Assembly: GCA_001643675.2 (NCBI GenBank)
Contig: LSRY02000011.1
Location: forward strand, 1,550,001 to 1,614,000
Reading direction: 5' to 3'
Length of the DNA: 64,000 nt
Source: Monocercomonoides exilis PA203
Lineage: Eukaryota > Protista > Preaxostyla
The notes under the pieces were generated by a model. That model saw only the letters and a program-made list of their open reading frames with translations, did not search any database and had not been told where the DNA came from. This document shows, in pieces, positions 62,810 through 64,000 of the stretch (positions are counted from its first letter, which is position 1; every line of letters begins with the position of its first letter). A program made the position numbers and the translations under genes.

Positions 62810-63008
62810 CACTTACAAAAGCTCCAGTCTGAATGGGAAAGAAATAATTCTGAGATTATCAAATGAATGTGTTTCCTTTGAAATTGCACTATTTTTTGTT
62901 AAATCTTTCATGAACTGTACGCTCTTAAATCAACAAATTGCTTCAATTTGTTATGAGAAATTGATTCTTGATCGTATTCGAAAAATTTTTCATTTTCATA
63001 TCTGGGCT
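62810..63008 (+). CDS. Possible internal exon of an uncharacterised multi-exon gene divergent from eEF2
   Basis: An acceptor-like ttttgttttgcAG (62809) and a donor-like tgg gct|GTATGT (63009) flank an open, protein-like frame (TYKSSSLNGKEIILRLSNECVSFEIALFFVKSFMNC...). Other exons could not be assembled and no homology was recognised. Confidence 0.25.
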
Positions 63009-64000
63009 GTATGTTCTGAAACATGCAATTGCTGCACTACTACACCTTCCTTTAAATATAACGGATATATTATTTTTTGTTTTAATGAGCAAAATAAGTC
63101 CATCAATGATTGCATGGGTTTTGTGCTCAATTTTATTATTTAAGCCCCATCGTCTTTTATCTCTTCGTATTTTATTTCTGTTGGGGAAATGCTCATCACA
63201 ATAATATGATTTCAAAGATTTGTATTTAATTCTTCAATGTTGTTAATCGTTCAAGTCATTTGCAGCGGACAATTTTTAAAATTTAAAACGATAAAATTTG
63301 ATTAGTTTTGAATATCGCATTTTGAATAAATTCCACGAAAACTGATAAATAACCGTTTATTATCAATTTTTTCCATTTCTGGTGATATTGTCAGAAAATG
63401 ATAGTATTTGTTAATATTTGTCAATTCTAGTTGAATTTTGGATTATTATCATGAAAAGAGAGAGTTTTTTATTTTTATGGATTTTTTTTATTTAATTTTC
63501 TTTATTTTTTGGAAAGATGTGGAAAATTGGGTCCCGATTTTTAACTGGGGTAGAATATTCACTTTTATGAAAAAATCAATAATTTGTTTCAAACTTTAAC
63601 TGAAATCGTTAATTTATTTTTCTGACATTCTCATGAAAAATATAATATAGAAATGTTCAAAAATCGAGGAAAGTCTTTGAAAGTTCCATGTGGAACAAAT
63701 TTCATATTGCAAAAAATATTGTCCCAACTGTTAAATAATATGAATATTTCACCAAATTCAGCACACCAGAATGTTTCATTCTTCGAATGATGTTTTTTGT
63801 TAAAAAAAAATGAGATTTTTATTGAAAATCCTTTCAGAACATTATTTTAAAATCTTCATACTCAAGGTGGAACAGATTTATTCAAAAATTATTTGTTGAT
63901 GATGAAAAGATAACTAAAAAAATGATGAAAAATATTCAGATTCTTATTTTTACAACTCAATTATTTTTTGGATTTTATGATCAAGAAAAATTAAGAAGAA

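Noticed and set aside
62943-64000. Short ORFs on both strands at the window end
   Set aside because: Very AT-rich, with no coherent exon chain or homology; only one low-confidence exon was kept.
1-64000. CRISPR arrays, rRNA, canonical tRNA, transposase/RT genes, telomeric repeats
   Set aside because: None seen by eye; the repeats present are simple microsatellites within coding regions and homopolymer tracts.

Overview
AT-rich eukaryotic protist DNA in the standard genetic code, with short spliceosomal introns and Ser/Gln/Asn-inflated proteins. The style suggests an oxymonad such as Monocercomonoides (inference only). Five genes are supported: (1) a 3'-truncated ABCC/MRP-type ABC transporter on the minus strand (2889 to <1), which the ORF track missed; (2) a 1130-aa low-complexity hypothetical protein (+, 5' end unresolved); (3) a very large HUWE1/Tom1/UPL1-class HECT E3 ubiquitin ligase on the minus strand; (4) a Cys-rich, Pmp-like type I membrane surface protein (+); and (5) eEF2 (-) with one 120-nt intron and an atypical diphthamide loop (HRGASQ). 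The main finding is the HECT ligase. The ORF track splits it into 161-, 3672- and 11373-aa pieces, but three frame-consistent GT-AG introns join them into one gene of about 15,258 aa, including a single 34,178-nt coding exon. No rRNA, canonical tRNA, CRISPR array or recognisable transposon was seen.
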